Source of the DNA: Cylindrospermopsis raciborskii Cr2010
GTDB lineage: Bacteria > Cyanobacteriota > Cyanobacteriia > Cyanobacteriales > Nostocaceae
Reading direction: 5' to 3'
Assembly (NCBI RefSeq): GCF_003367075.2
Contig: NZ_CP065936.1
Location: 1,290,001 to 1,322,000 of the forward strand
Length of the DNA: 32,000 nucleotides
In this document: positions 1 to 11,568 of the stretch, one piece after another
How the letters are laid out: each line of letters opens with the position of its first letter
Position numbering within the stretch: the first letter of the stretch is position 1
Notes under the pieces: model-generated
The model's database searches: none
What the model saw: only the letters and a program-made list of their open reading frames with translations
What the model was told of the DNA's origin: nothing
Translations under genes and position numbers: made by a program

Positions 1-1044
1 ATGGCCCATGGAGAATTGATGATGCTGGGAGCTTATACTACTTTTGTAGTACAGCTTGGTTGTAAACAGTTAGGTGGTATTTGGTTTGATAGTTATATTT
101 TCCTGGCTTTAATTATTGCCTTTTTAGTCACTGCTTTAGTAGGTTTAGTCTTGGAGCGGGGGGTGATATCCCATCTTTATGGTAGACCCTTAGAAACCCT
201 TTTGGCTACTTGGGGAGTAAGTTTAATTTTTCAGCAGTTTGTCCGCAGTGTAAATTCAGTGCTAGTGATTGGTATCCTCTCATTTTGCGTACTATTCTTT
301 GGGGGGGTAAGAATTTTAAATTCGCGTCAGCGGTTCCCCCAATTTGGTTACAGAGTGAAGGGAATGATCTTAGTTTTATCCTTGGGAATTGCCATGAGTT
401 TGGGACAGTTATTTAGTCAACAGTCCTCCATGGTTCAACCTTGGTTTGGGGCTCAAAACGTTGATGTGACCGCCCCTAGTTGGTTACAATCCGGTGTATC
501 TTTGGCCGGTGTGCAGTTACCCTTTGCTCGCTTGTTTATTATCTGTTTAACGGGAATTTGCGTAGCAGCAATTTATTTATTCTTACAGCGTTCCCCCTGG
601 GGTTTAAGAATTAGAGCTGTGACTCAAAATCGTGCTATGAGTTCTTGTTTGGGTATACCTACGCAAAAAGTTGATGCTCTTACCTTTGCCCTGGGATCCG
701 GATTAGCTGGTATAGCTGGTTGTGCTATTAGCTTACTGGGTTCCGTGGGTCCGAATACCGGACAGAATTATATTATAGATACCTTCATGGTAGTGGTTGT
801 GGGGGGGGTTGGTAACTTAGTAGGTACGATTGTAGCTGCTTTGGCTATTGGTACTGCTAACTTTATTGTGGGATCGGGAACTCTAGCTTTTTTATCTTCT
901 GGTGTTCAACCCTTGGTGGATTTTTTCAATTTTTTTGCCACTACTAGTATGGCAAAAGTGATGGTTTTTGCACTGATTATTGGTTTTTTGCAGTGGAAAC
1001 CAGCGGGAATTTTCCCCCAAAAAGGTCGGAATATTGATGTTTAA
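1..1044 (+). CDS. urtB: Urea ABC transporter permease UrtB (LivH-type); 5' end cut by the window edge
   Basis: The frame is open from base 1, so the true start lies upstream. The product is a multi-TM LivH-type permease (MAHGELMMLGAYTTF..., GPNTGQNYIIDTFMVVVVGG). It is followed in the canonical order by a LivM-type permease and two LivG/LivF-type ATPases whose N-termini match UrtD and UrtE. Confidence 0.8.
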   Translation: MAHGELMMLGAYTTFVVQLGCKQLGGIWFDSYIFLALIIAFLVTALVGLVLERGVISHLYGRPLETLLATWGVSLIFQQFVRSVNSVLVIGILSFCVLFFGGVRILNSRQRFPQFGYRVKGMILVLSLGIAMSLGQLFSQQSSMVQPWFGAQNVDVTAPSWLQSGVSLAGVQLPFARLFIICLTGICVAAIYLFLQRSPWGLRIRAVTQNRAMSSCLGIPTQKVDALTFALGSGLAGIAGCAISLLGSVGPNTGQNYIIDTFMVVVVGGVGNLVGTIVAALAIGTANFIVGSGTLAFLSSGVQPLVDFFNFFATTSMAKVMVFALIIGFLQWKPAGIFPQKGRNIDV

Positions 1045-1057
1045 CCAAGGTCAGAAG

Positions 1058-2203
1058 ATGATGAAAGATCAGGCTAAAAAGTCTATTTTGGTGGAAATTG
1101 CTGTAGTAATGGCGATCGCATTATTGCTACTTGTAATTATGCCACTTGTGTTGACAGAATTTCGCCTAAATTTACTAGGGCGATTTTTATCCCTAGCGAT
1201 TGTGGGTTTGGGGTTGGATTTGATTTGGGGTTACACAGGTTTACTCAGTTTAGGCCATGGCATTTTTTTTGGTTTAGGTGGTTATGCCATAGCCATGTAC
1301 TTAAAACTGCAAGTTCCCTCCGGTGAATTACCTGATTTTATGGGATTATATGGGGTAACAGAATTACCTTGGTTTTGGCATCCCTTTTACTCCTTCGGTT
1401 TTGCTGTAATTGCGGTTATTTTGATTCCAGGTTTATTAGCAGGAGTTTTGGGTTATTTAGTCTTTCGTAACCGCATTAAGGGTGTGTATTTTTCCATTCT
1501 TACACAAGCAGCGGTGATCATATTTTTTAACTTTTTCAACGGACAACAGAAGCTATTTAATGGTACTAATGGTTTAACGGCGTTTAAAACCCTGTTAGGT
1601 ATAAATTTGACTGATAGAGGAATGCAACTTGTTTTGTATAGCCTAACAATTATATTTTTAATATTTACCTATGGTCTATGTCGTTGGTTAACCACTGGTA
1701 GATTTGGAAGATTGTTAATGGCAATTCGAGATGATGAAACTCGCGTCAGATTTTGTGGATATGATCCTACAGAGTATAAAGTTTTGGTATTTGCAGTTTC
1801 CGGTGCGATCGCGGGGATAGCAGGAGCATTCTACGCCATTCAAAGTGGTTCTGTGTCACCGAGAGCAATGGATATTGGATTCTCTATTGAAATGGTAATT
1901 TGGGTAGCGGTGGGGGGAAGAGGAACCCTAACTGGTGCGATTTTAGGAACTTTACTAGTTAACTATGCACGAACCTTTTTAAGTGAACAATTTGCGGAAA
2001 TCTGGTTATTTTTTCAAGGTGCGCTGTTTTTGGTGGTAGTTACAGTTCTCCCAGATGGAATGATGGGATGGTTAAAAACTCAAACCCTAGCCTTTGTGAA
2101 TAGGTCAAGCAAAGTTATTACATATCCAAGTTTAGAACAGGATGCAGAAGTAGAACATGAACGCAAAAATCTTGGAAACTCAAAATGTAACCGTGAGTTT
2201 TGA
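1058..2203 (+). CDS. urtC: Urea ABC transporter permease UrtC (LivM-type)
   Basis: The ORF opens at 980, but that part overlaps the urtB 3' end. ATG 1058 (MMKDQAKKS...) is the first start after the urtB stop; ATG 1037 is also possible. The product is a multi-TM LivM-like permease (GLDLIWGYTGLLSLGHG) located between urtB and urtD. Confidence 0.8.
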   Translation: MMKDQAKKSILVEIAVVMAIALLLLVIMPLVLTEFRLNLLGRFLSLAIVGLGLDLIWGYTGLLSLGHGIFFGLGGYAIAMYLKLQVPSGELPDFMGLYGVTELPWFWHPFYSFGFAVIAVILIPGLLAGVLGYLVFRNRIKGVYFSILTQAAVIIFFNFFNGQQKLFNGTNGLTAFKTLLGINLTDRGMQLVLYSLTIIFLIFTYGLCRWLTTGRFGRLLMAIRDDETRVRFCGYDPTEYKVLVFAVSGAIAGIAGAFYAIQSGSVSPRAMDIGFSIEMVIWVAVGGRGTLTGAILGTLLVNYARTFLSEQFAEIWLFFQGALFLVVVTVLPDGMMGWLKTQTLAFVNRSSKVITYPSLEQDAEVEHERKNLGNSKCNREF

Positions 2204-2903
2204 TGGATTTAAGGCCATAAATCGCCTGAATTTCACCATGGAAAAGGGGGAATTGCGAGTGGTGATTGGTCCTAATGGTGCGGGTAAAACCACTTTTCTC
2301 GATGTGATTACTGGTAAGGTTAAACCAACCCAGGGTCGAGTTTTATTTAAGGGTAGAAATCTACGTAATTTGAGTGAACATGAAATTGCTCGCCTAGGAA
2401 TTGGACGCAAGTTCCAAACGCCCAGAATTTACTTAAATCTCACTCCTCGGGAAAATCTAGAACTCACTAGCAATAGACAGAAAAGCGTTTTTTTTACCCT
2501 ATTTGGCAGTCCTCATTTTCGTGAACAACAAACTATTAAAGAGTTATTGGTAACTATCGGGTTAACTTCTAAAGCTGATATTCCTGCTGGATTGCTTTCC
2601 CACGGTGAAAAACAAAGATTGGAAATTGGCATGTTAGTTGCTCAATCCCCTGATTTATTATTGGTGGATGAACCTGTAGCAGGTTTAACAGATGAAGAAA
2701 CCTACAATATTGGGGAATTATTGTTAACACTTTCTCAAGATCACTCTATTTTGGTCATTGAACACGATATGGAATTTGTCAGGCAAATTGCTCGCAAAGT
2801 CACCGTATTACATGAAGGTTCCGTATTATGTGAAGGGGATTTCAAACAAGTGCAAAATGACCCCCGTGTCATTGAAGTATATTTGGGACAGCAACAGGAA
2901 TAG
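2157..2903 (+). CDS. urtD: Urea ABC transporter ATP-binding protein UrtD
   Basis: Walker A GPNGAGKTT, ABC signature LSHGEKQRLE and Walker B LLLVDEP are present. The N-terminus MNAKILETQNVTVSFDGFKA is typical of UrtD/LivG-like proteins. The gene overlaps urtC by 47 nt. Confidence 0.85.
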   Translation: MNAKILETQNVTVSFDGFKAINRLNFTMEKGELRVVIGPNGAGKTTFLDVITGKVKPTQGRVLFKGRNLRNLSEHEIARLGIGRKFQTPRIYLNLTPRENLELTSNRQKSVFFTLFGSPHFREQQTIKELLVTIGLTSKADIPAGLLSHGEKQRLEIGMLVAQSPDLLLVDEPVAGLTDEETYNIGELLLTLSQDHSILVIEHDMEFVRQIARKVTVLHEGSVLCEGDFKQVQNDPRVIEVYLGQQQE

Positions 2904-2910
2904 AGAATTT

Positions 2911-3609
2911 ATGTTACAAATCTCCAATCTCAATGTTTATTACGGTGAAAGTTATATTTTGCGCAATGTTGATTTAAAAATTGCGTCAGGAGAAATGGTT
3001 TGCATTATTGGACGTAATGGTGTGGGTAAAACCACCTTACTCAAAACCATTATGGGATTACTAAATCCTAGAGATGGTCAAATCCACTTTGCTGGTAATA
3101 TGATTAACAATCAGTCACCAGATCAACGGGCAAAAATGGGTATTGGTTATGTCCCCCAAGGTAGGGAAATTATCCCCCGACTCACAGTAAAGGAAAATCT
3201 TTTACTGGGTTTGGAAGCTAGGAGAAAAAGACCAAAAAAAATGGAGATCTCTGACGAAATTTTCAGCTTGTTTCCTGTTCTAGCAACCATGCTTCATCGT
3301 CAAGGTGGTGATTTAAGTGGTGGACAACAACAACAATTAGCGATCGCTCGCGCTCTCATGGGGGATCCCCAATTACTGCTCTTAGATGAACCAACGGAGG
3401 GTATTCAACCCTCTATAGTATTGGAAATTGAGTCCGCAGTGCGTCGGATTGTGGAAACTAGGGGAGTTTCTGTTCTGTTGGTGGAACAGCACTTACATTT
3501 TGTTCGTCAAGCTGATTACTATTATGCTATGCAAAAAGGTGGAATTGTAGCTTCTGGACCTACCAATGAATTGAGCCAGGATGTAATTCAAAGCTTTTTG
3601 GCAGTTTAA
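2911..3609 (+). CDS. urtE: Urea ABC transporter ATP-binding protein UrtE
   Basis: Walker A GRNGVGKTT, signature LSGGQQQQLAIARAL and Walker B LLLLDEP are present. I chose ATG 2911 (MLQISNLNVYYG), which lies 8 nt after the urtD stop. The ORF extension back to 2758 lies inside urtD in another frame. Confidence 0.85.
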   Translation: MLQISNLNVYYGESYILRNVDLKIASGEMVCIIGRNGVGKTTLLKTIMGLLNPRDGQIHFAGNMINNQSPDQRAKMGIGYVPQGREIIPRLTVKENLLLGLEARRKRPKKMEISDEIFSLFPVLATMLHRQGGDLSGGQQQQLAIARALMGDPQLLLLDEPTEGIQPSIVLEIESAVRRIVETRGVSVLLVEQHLHFVRQADYYYAMQKGGIVASGPTNELSQDVIQSFLAV

Positions 3610-3630
3610 CAAACTACTGATCAATGCTGA

Positions 3631-7062
<3,432 letters not shown>

Positions 7063-7071
7063 AATTTCCAG

Positions 7072-7101
7072 ATGTCATCAAGTTACCATAATTGCTATAA
7101 T
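7072..7101 (+). promoter_or_regulatory. Possible sigma70-type promoter for the epimerase-family gene
   Basis: A perfect -10 hexamer TATAAT sits at 7096-7101, 27 nt before ATG 7128. A weak -35-like ATGTCA sits at 7072-7077 with an 18-nt spacer. Confidence 0.25.
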
Positions 7102-7127
7102 GATGGTAGTCTTTCAACCACTCAATT

Positions 7128-8000
7128 ATGGGATTTACAATCACCGAAACACAAAAACAGTACAAGACCTATTCCCTCTCGGACAGTGATGCTGATTCCC
7201 ATCTGGAGGTAGTCCCAGAAAGAGGTGGTATTGTGACCCAATGGTCATTAAAGGATCGCGAAATTTTCTACTTGGACAAAGAAAGATTTACCCATCCTGA
7301 CCTCAGTGTGCGAGGTGGGTTACCAATTTTATTTCCCCTTTGTGGTAATCTACCCGATAACACTTACAGCCACAACGGGAAACAATATACACTCAAGCAA
7401 CATGGTTTCGCCCGGGAATTACCCTGGGAAGTAACCAGTAATGCTACAGAAAATGGAGCAAGTCTTAGTTTAGTCCTAAACAGTAGCGATGCAACCCGTA
7501 CCGTCTACCCCTTTGACTTTCGAGTAACTTTTACTTATACGCTAAGAGCCAATTCTTTGACGGTTGATCAAGTTTATCACAATCTCTCAGATGAGACAAT
7601 GCCTTTTTCAACTGGATTTCATCCCTACTTTCAGTGTGGAAATAAATCTCTGCTAGAGTTTGACATTCCCTCTGGACAATATCTGGATCAAAAAACCAAG
7701 CAAATTTACTCCTTTGCGGGCAAATTTGACCTTGAACAGGAGGAACTGGATTTTGCCTTTGGGGATTTGCGCAGTCAATCAGCCAAGGTCAAAGATCACG
7801 ACCGTAAATTAGAATTAAGCCTCGAATATGATCCAACCTATGTGGTGCTGGTCTTCTGGACCGTGCAGGGTAAAGACTTTTATTGTCTAGAACCCTGGAC
7901 TGCTGGACGTAACTCCCTCAACACCGGGGAAAATCTTACCCTTTTGGCTCCCCACACTAGCAAAACCACTTCTATAAAATTGACCGCAAATTTTCTCTAA
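7128..8000 (+). CDS. Aldose 1-epimerase (galactose mutarotase-like) family protein
   Basis: 290 aa. The patterns GGLPILFPLCGNL, HGFAR and GFHPYF are typical of the aldose-1-epimerase / YeaD-like fold. The substrate is not inferable. Confidence 0.65.
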   Translation: MGFTITETQKQYKTYSLSDSDADSHLEVVPERGGIVTQWSLKDREIFYLDKERFTHPDLSVRGGLPILFPLCGNLPDNTYSHNGKQYTLKQHGFARELPWEVTSNATENGASLSLVLNSSDATRTVYPFDFRVTFTYTLRANSLTVDQVYHNLSDETMPFSTGFHPYFQCGNKSLLEFDIPSGQYLDQKTKQIYSFAGKFDLEQEELDFAFGDLRSQSAKVKDHDRKLELSLEYDPTYVVLVFWTVQGKDFYCLEPWTAGRNSLNTGENLTLLAPHTSKTTSIKLTANFL

Positions 8001-8007
8001 CAAGTCC

Positions 8008-8036
8008 TTGACAGAGTGACGAGAGGTTGGTATATT
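8008..8036 (+). promoter_or_regulatory. Near-consensus sigma70 promoter upstream of tRNA-Lys
   Basis: TTGACA (8008-8013), an exactly 17-nt spacer, then TATATT (8031-8036). The predicted TSS is around 8043, about 15 nt before the tRNA 5' end. Confidence 0.5.
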
Positions 8037-8058
8037 GAAAAAGTTGCAAAAAACGAAA

Positions 8059-8130
8059 GGGTCACTAACTCAACGGTAGAGTACTCGGCTTTTAACCGAT
8101 TAGTTCCGGGTTCGAATCCCGGGTGACCCA
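8059..8130 (+). tRNA. tRNA-Lys (anticodon UUU)
   Basis: A hand-folded 72-nt cloverleaf. Acceptor GGGTCAC/GTGACCC; D arm ACTC-AACGGTA-GAGT; anticodon arm CTCGG-CTTTTAA-CCGAT with anticodon TTT at 8091-8093. T arm CCGGG-TTCGAAT-CCCGG; discriminator A. CCA is not encoded. Confidence 0.9.
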
Positions 8131-8174
8131 TACAGTTGTACAATTTGGTTGTCCCAGTTATTTACCATACAAAA

Positions 8175-8735
8175 ATGTGGCAAAAAATTAAAAAAATAAA
8201 ATTCATCCTGGTTCTTACTTTGGCTATTACTTTCATCACTATTTACCCTGATATGGCCATAGCTGCTGGATTTAGGAGTTTTGTGGACACGGAGGATGGT
8301 TATCAATTTTCCTATCCTAATGGTTGGTTACAAGTGAAAGTGGCTAACGGTCCTGATGTGGTGTTTCATGATTTAATAGAAGTCTCTGAAAATGTATCCG
8401 TGGTCATTAGTCCCGTTCCTCAAGGTAAGAGTTTAACAGAACTGGGAACCCCAACAGAAGTAGGATATAAACTGGGTAAATCTGCTCTTGCTCCCGAAGG
8501 TTCTGGACGTTCAGCAGAATTAGTTAATGTGGCACAAAAGGAAATTAATGGTAATAATTACTACTTCCTAGAGTATGCTGTTAAACTGGGCAATGGTCAA
8601 TCAAGACACAATGTAGCCAGTGTGGCGGTTAGCCGTGGTAAATTGTTTACATTTAATGCTTCCGTACCAGAAAGACGTTGGCGAAAATTACAACGAACCA
8701 TTGATGAGGTTGTCAGTTCTTTTCAGGTGTATTAG
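8175..8735 (+). CDS. psbP: PsbP-like protein (CyanoP family), with signal peptide
   Basis: Strong resemblance to cyanobacterial PsbP homologues (DGYQFSYPNGW, VVFHDLIE..ENVSVVISPV, LGTPTEVGY, RHNVASVAVSRGKLFTFN). The ORF track start at 8136 is a TTG abutting the tRNA. ATG 8175 (MWQKIKKIKFILVLTLAITF..AIA) gives a proper signal peptide. Confidence 0.8.
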   Translation: MWQKIKKIKFILVLTLAITFITIYPDMAIAAGFRSFVDTEDGYQFSYPNGWLQVKVANGPDVVFHDLIEVSENVSVVISPVPQGKSLTELGTPTEVGYKLGKSALAPEGSGRSAELVNVAQKEINGNNYYFLEYAVKLGNGQSRHNVASVAVSRGKLFTFNASVPERRWRKLQRTIDEVVSSFQVY

Positions 8736-8757
8736 TGGATTAGCAAATGTCCCGGGT

Positions 8758-8791
8758 CAGGAGTGTGATCCGCCTAAGAACACAACTCCTG
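8758..8791 (+). terminator. Possible stem-loop after the psbP-like gene
   Basis: CAGGAGTGTG (8758-8767) pairs with CACAACTCCTG (8781-8791) with one bulged A and a 13-nt loop. It begins 23 nt after the stop codon. No U-tract follows, so terminator function is uncertain. Confidence 0.25.
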
Positions 8792-8841
8792 AAATTAACT
8801 GGTGAAGTATTGAAATTATAAATTAAATCATGAACTGAATC

Positions 8842-9435
8842 ATGAACATTCCCGAATTTGTGCTTGCGTCTGCTTCTCCTGCTCGTCATCGCTTACTACA
8901 AACCGTGGGGATTGAACCAATCATTTATCCCAGTGATTTTGATGAGTCACAAGTACAACTGAGTAACCCGCAGGAATTAGTCAATAAACTGGCTCAATGT
9001 AAAGCTGAAACTGTTTCCCCGCGTTTTCCTGCTGCTTTGATCATGGGGTGCGATTCCGTATTAGCTATGGATAATCAGATTTACGGTAAACCAGAAAATG
9101 TGGAGGTAGCGATATCTCGTTGGCGCTTAATGCAGGGGAATTGGGGTGATTTGTATACGGGTCACGTGTTAATGGATAACCTACAGAAAAAGACCATTAT
9201 TAAGTGTCAAATAACTAGAGTTTATTTTGCCAAAATGACTGACCATGCTATTATCAACTATGTGAGAACCGGTGAGCCACTAAAATGTGCTGGTGGTTTT
9301 GCTTTAGAAGGTTTTGGCAGTTTATTTGTAGAAAAAATTATGGGTTGCCATAGTAATGTAATTGGACTAAGTTTACCCTTACTAAGGCAAATGTTAGGGG
9401 AACTGGGTTATGAGGTAACAGATTTTTGGCAATAG
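8842..9435 (+). CDS. maf: Maf-like nucleoside triphosphate pyrophosphatase / septum formation protein
   Basis: 197 aa. It has the Maf N-terminal signature [14 protein letters not shown] and the C-terminal [10 protein letters not shown] motif. Confidence 0.85.
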   Translation: MNIPEFVLASASPARHRLLQTVGIEPIIYPSDFDESQVQLSNPQELVNKLAQCKAETVSPRFPAALIMGCDSVLAMDNQIYGKPENVEVAISRWRLMQGNWGDLYTGHVLMDNLQKKTIIKCQITRVYFAKMTDHAIINYVRTGEPLKCAGGFALEGFGSLFVEKIMGCHSNVIGLSLPLLRQMLGELGYEVTDFWQ

Positions 9436-9475
9436 GATATACTAATAAAAAAATAAAAACAAGATACAGAACAAT

Positions 9476-10204
9476 ATGTCCTCTCAACCTTCTCTACGGG
9501 AAAAACAACATCCTTTAATTCAGCAACTAGCTAATACAATCGAAGAAGTTTGGCATGAACACCTCCAGTTATCACCCTATGAGTTACCTGAGGATTTGGG
9601 GTATGTGGAAGGTAGATTAGAAGGGGAAAAACTGGTAATTGAAAATCGCTGTTACCAGACTGTTCACTTCCGCAAAATGCACTTAGAACTAGCGAGAGTT
9701 GGCAATATGTTAGATATCTTACACTGTGTGATGTTCCCTCGCAAGGAGTATGATATACCCATGTTTGGTTGTGATTTAGTGGGAGGTAGGGGTCAAATTA
9801 GTGCAGCTATAGCAGATCTTTCTCCTGTAAATTTGGAGAGAACCCTACCGGAAAATTATCATCATCAATTAGGCAATTTAACCCCAGTTAATTTTTCCCA
9901 ACCCCGGGATTTACCTGAATGGGGGAATATATTTTCAGATTTCTGTCTGTTTATTCGTCCTAGCTCTTTAGAGGAAGAATTGTTGTTTTTAAATAGAGTG
10001 AGAGAGTTTTTAAAAATCCATTGCAGTCAAGCAATTATCTCCGTTCCCGTCCCAGCAGAAAAGATTCCCTCAATTATTGCGGGACAACATAACTATTGTA
10101 CAAAACAACAACAAAATGATAAGACTCGACGGGTCTTAGAAAAAGCTTTTGGTGAACAGTGGGCGGAAAACTACATGACTACTGTATTATTCGATTTGCC
10201 TTAA
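9476..10204 (+). CDS. pcyA: Phycocyanobilin:ferredoxin oxidoreductase
   Basis: 242 aa. This is ferredoxin-dependent bilin reductase family sequence, with the PcyA-like stretch [35 protein letters not shown] and [20 protein letters not shown]. Confidence 0.85.
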   Translation: MSSQPSLREKQHPLIQQLANTIEEVWHEHLQLSPYELPEDLGYVEGRLEGEKLVIENRCYQTVHFRKMHLELARVGNMLDILHCVMFPRKEYDIPMFGCDLVGGRGQISAAIADLSPVNLERTLPENYHHQLGNLTPVNFSQPRDLPEWGNIFSDFCLFIRPSSLEEELLFLNRVREFLKIHCSQAIISVPVPAEKIPSIIAGQHNYCTKQQQNDKTRRVLEKAFGEQWAENYMTTVLFDLP

Positions 10205-11254
10205 AGATCCCAGTCTTTGATTTACTAACTCTATAGCTAATTCTATAGCTGCTTGCATACTGGTTCCATCAGCAATACCTTTACCAACAATATCAAAAGC
10301 GGTTCCGTGATCTGGTGAAGTTCTGACAAATGGTAACCCGATAGTGGTATTAACAGCTCGGTCAAAAGCCATTAATTTAACTGGAATTAAACCCTGATCA
10401 TGATAAAGAGCTAAGTAGCCATCAGCAGGATTTGTAACTAAAGAATGACCGTACCAGGCCTGACCGGGTTTTACCCACATTGTATCCGGTGGTATTGGTC
10501 CTTCCAATTGTAAATGTGGTCGTTTTTCCCTTTCTCTTTGTAACCAGGGAATCAACCAGTCTATTTCTTCTGTCCCTAACTGTCCCATTTCTCCACTGTG
10601 GGGATTTAAACCCGCAACCACTATTTTACCTGTTTTAATCCCAAAGTCTGTTGCTAAACACTCCTCGAGTAAATCTAACTTTCCCGTTAATAACTCTGGT
10701 GTTAGGGTTTGACATACTTGGTTTATGGGAATGTGGGTGGTAGCTAATAATGTTCTTAAAGTCCAACCAGTAAAGGGCGATCGCCCGACAAATAGCATAC
10801 CAAAACGGTCTATACCTGATCTTTGAGCCAGAAGTTCGGTTTGTCCGGGATAATGGTGCCCAGCTGCTTTCCAAGCGGATTTAGCAATAGGAGCGGTAAC
10901 AATCCCATCAAATTCACCTGCTAAAGTTTGAGCGATCGCCCGTTCCATATAAGCAAAACTAGCTGCACCACTAGCTTGATTACCCACTCCAGGGATAATG
11001 TCTGTGAGACTGGGTAGATCCAGGTTAATAATATCCAATTGACGGGGATTGGGTAAAAGTGGGTCAGTCTTTTCTGTCAGAGAGGTTAAATTTTCATAGG
11101 TCCTGGTCAGTAAATCACGATTGCCAACCACTACTAAATGGCAGTTTTTATGGAGTTGGGGATTGGCCAGAGCTTTTAAAATCACCTCGGAACCGATACC
11201 AGCTGGATCGCCCTGAGTGATTGCTAAACGGGGAATGGAATGGGTTTTAGTCAT
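10187..11254 (-). CDS. pdxA: 4-hydroxythreonine-4-phosphate dehydrogenase
   Basis: 355 aa. PdxA motifs are present: [25 protein letters not shown] and [11 protein letters not shown]. Its 3' end overlaps the pcyA 3' end by 18 nt. Confidence 0.9.
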   Translation of the reverse strand: MTKTHSIPRLAITQGDPAGIGSEVILKALANPQLHKNCHLVVVGNRDLLTRTYENLTSLTEKTDPLLPNPRQLDIINLDLPSLTDIIPGVGNQASGAASFAYMERAIAQTLAGEFDGIVTAPIAKSAWKAAGHHYPGQTELLAQRSGIDRFGMLFVGRSPFTGWTLRTLLATTHIPINQVCQTLTPELLTGKLDLLEECLATDFGIKTGKIVVAGLNPHSGEMGQLGTEEIDWLIPWLQREREKRPHLQLEGPIPPDTMWVKPGQAWYGHSLVTNPADGYLALYHDQGLIPVKLMAFDRAVNTTIGLPFVRTSPDHGTAFDIVGKGIADGTSMQAAIELAIELVNQRLGSLRQIE

Positions 11255-11298
11255 TGTTCAAACCAGTTATGAAACCAGTTATTGTTGATATGGTAATT

Positions 11299-11340
11299 GT
11301 AAGCCAGATTACGTTTTTAAATAAATAAAAAATGTAGACT
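11299..11340 (+). promoter_or_regulatory. Candidate NtcA-activated (class II) promoter upstream of devB-like gene
   Basis: GTA-N8-TAC (GTAAGCCAGATTAC, 11299-11312) is followed by exactly 22 nt and then TAGACT (TA-N3-T, 11335-11340). This matches the canonical GTAN8TAC-N22-TAN3T layout. The site is palindromic and also lies 45 nt upstream of the divergent pdxA start. Confidence 0.35.
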
Positions 11341-11568
11341 TTATTTAAATAATTTATTTAACCTTTATTTGATGGAGCGTAAAACCATAAGGAGTGAAAA
11401 ATGGCATGAAAAAAATTTAAGTTATTGGAGGAACAGTTTTTAAATACATTTGAAAAAATATGGCACAGTTAAAGGCAAATTTCGGAAGATTTGTCACAAA
11501 TCTACATTTGAGAATTTAGGCCACTCTTATTTGCACAAATCATAACTTAAACAAAAAGGCAAGATAGC

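Noticed and set aside
980-1057. Upstream extensions of urtC (980), urtE (2758) and the psbP-like gene (8136, TTG).
   Set aside because: The extensions overlap the preceding gene or abut the tRNA. Internal ATGs give N-termini matching the family norm.
2157-2203. The 47-nt urtC/urtD overlap, considered as a possible frameshift or pseudogene sign.
   Set aside because: Both products are full length with intact motifs, and the UrtD N-terminus is the typical one. The overlap appears genuine.
11317-11361. 10-bp inverted repeat TTAAATAAAT / ATTTATTTAA bracketing the putative devB -10 region, and the 12-bp-period direct repeat AAACCAGTTAT x2 at 11260-11282.
   Set aside because: The inverted repeat is built only from A and T in a very AT-rich spacer, so chance is likely. 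The direct repeat is short and sits immediately 5' of the pdxA start. I cannot distinguish function from slippage.
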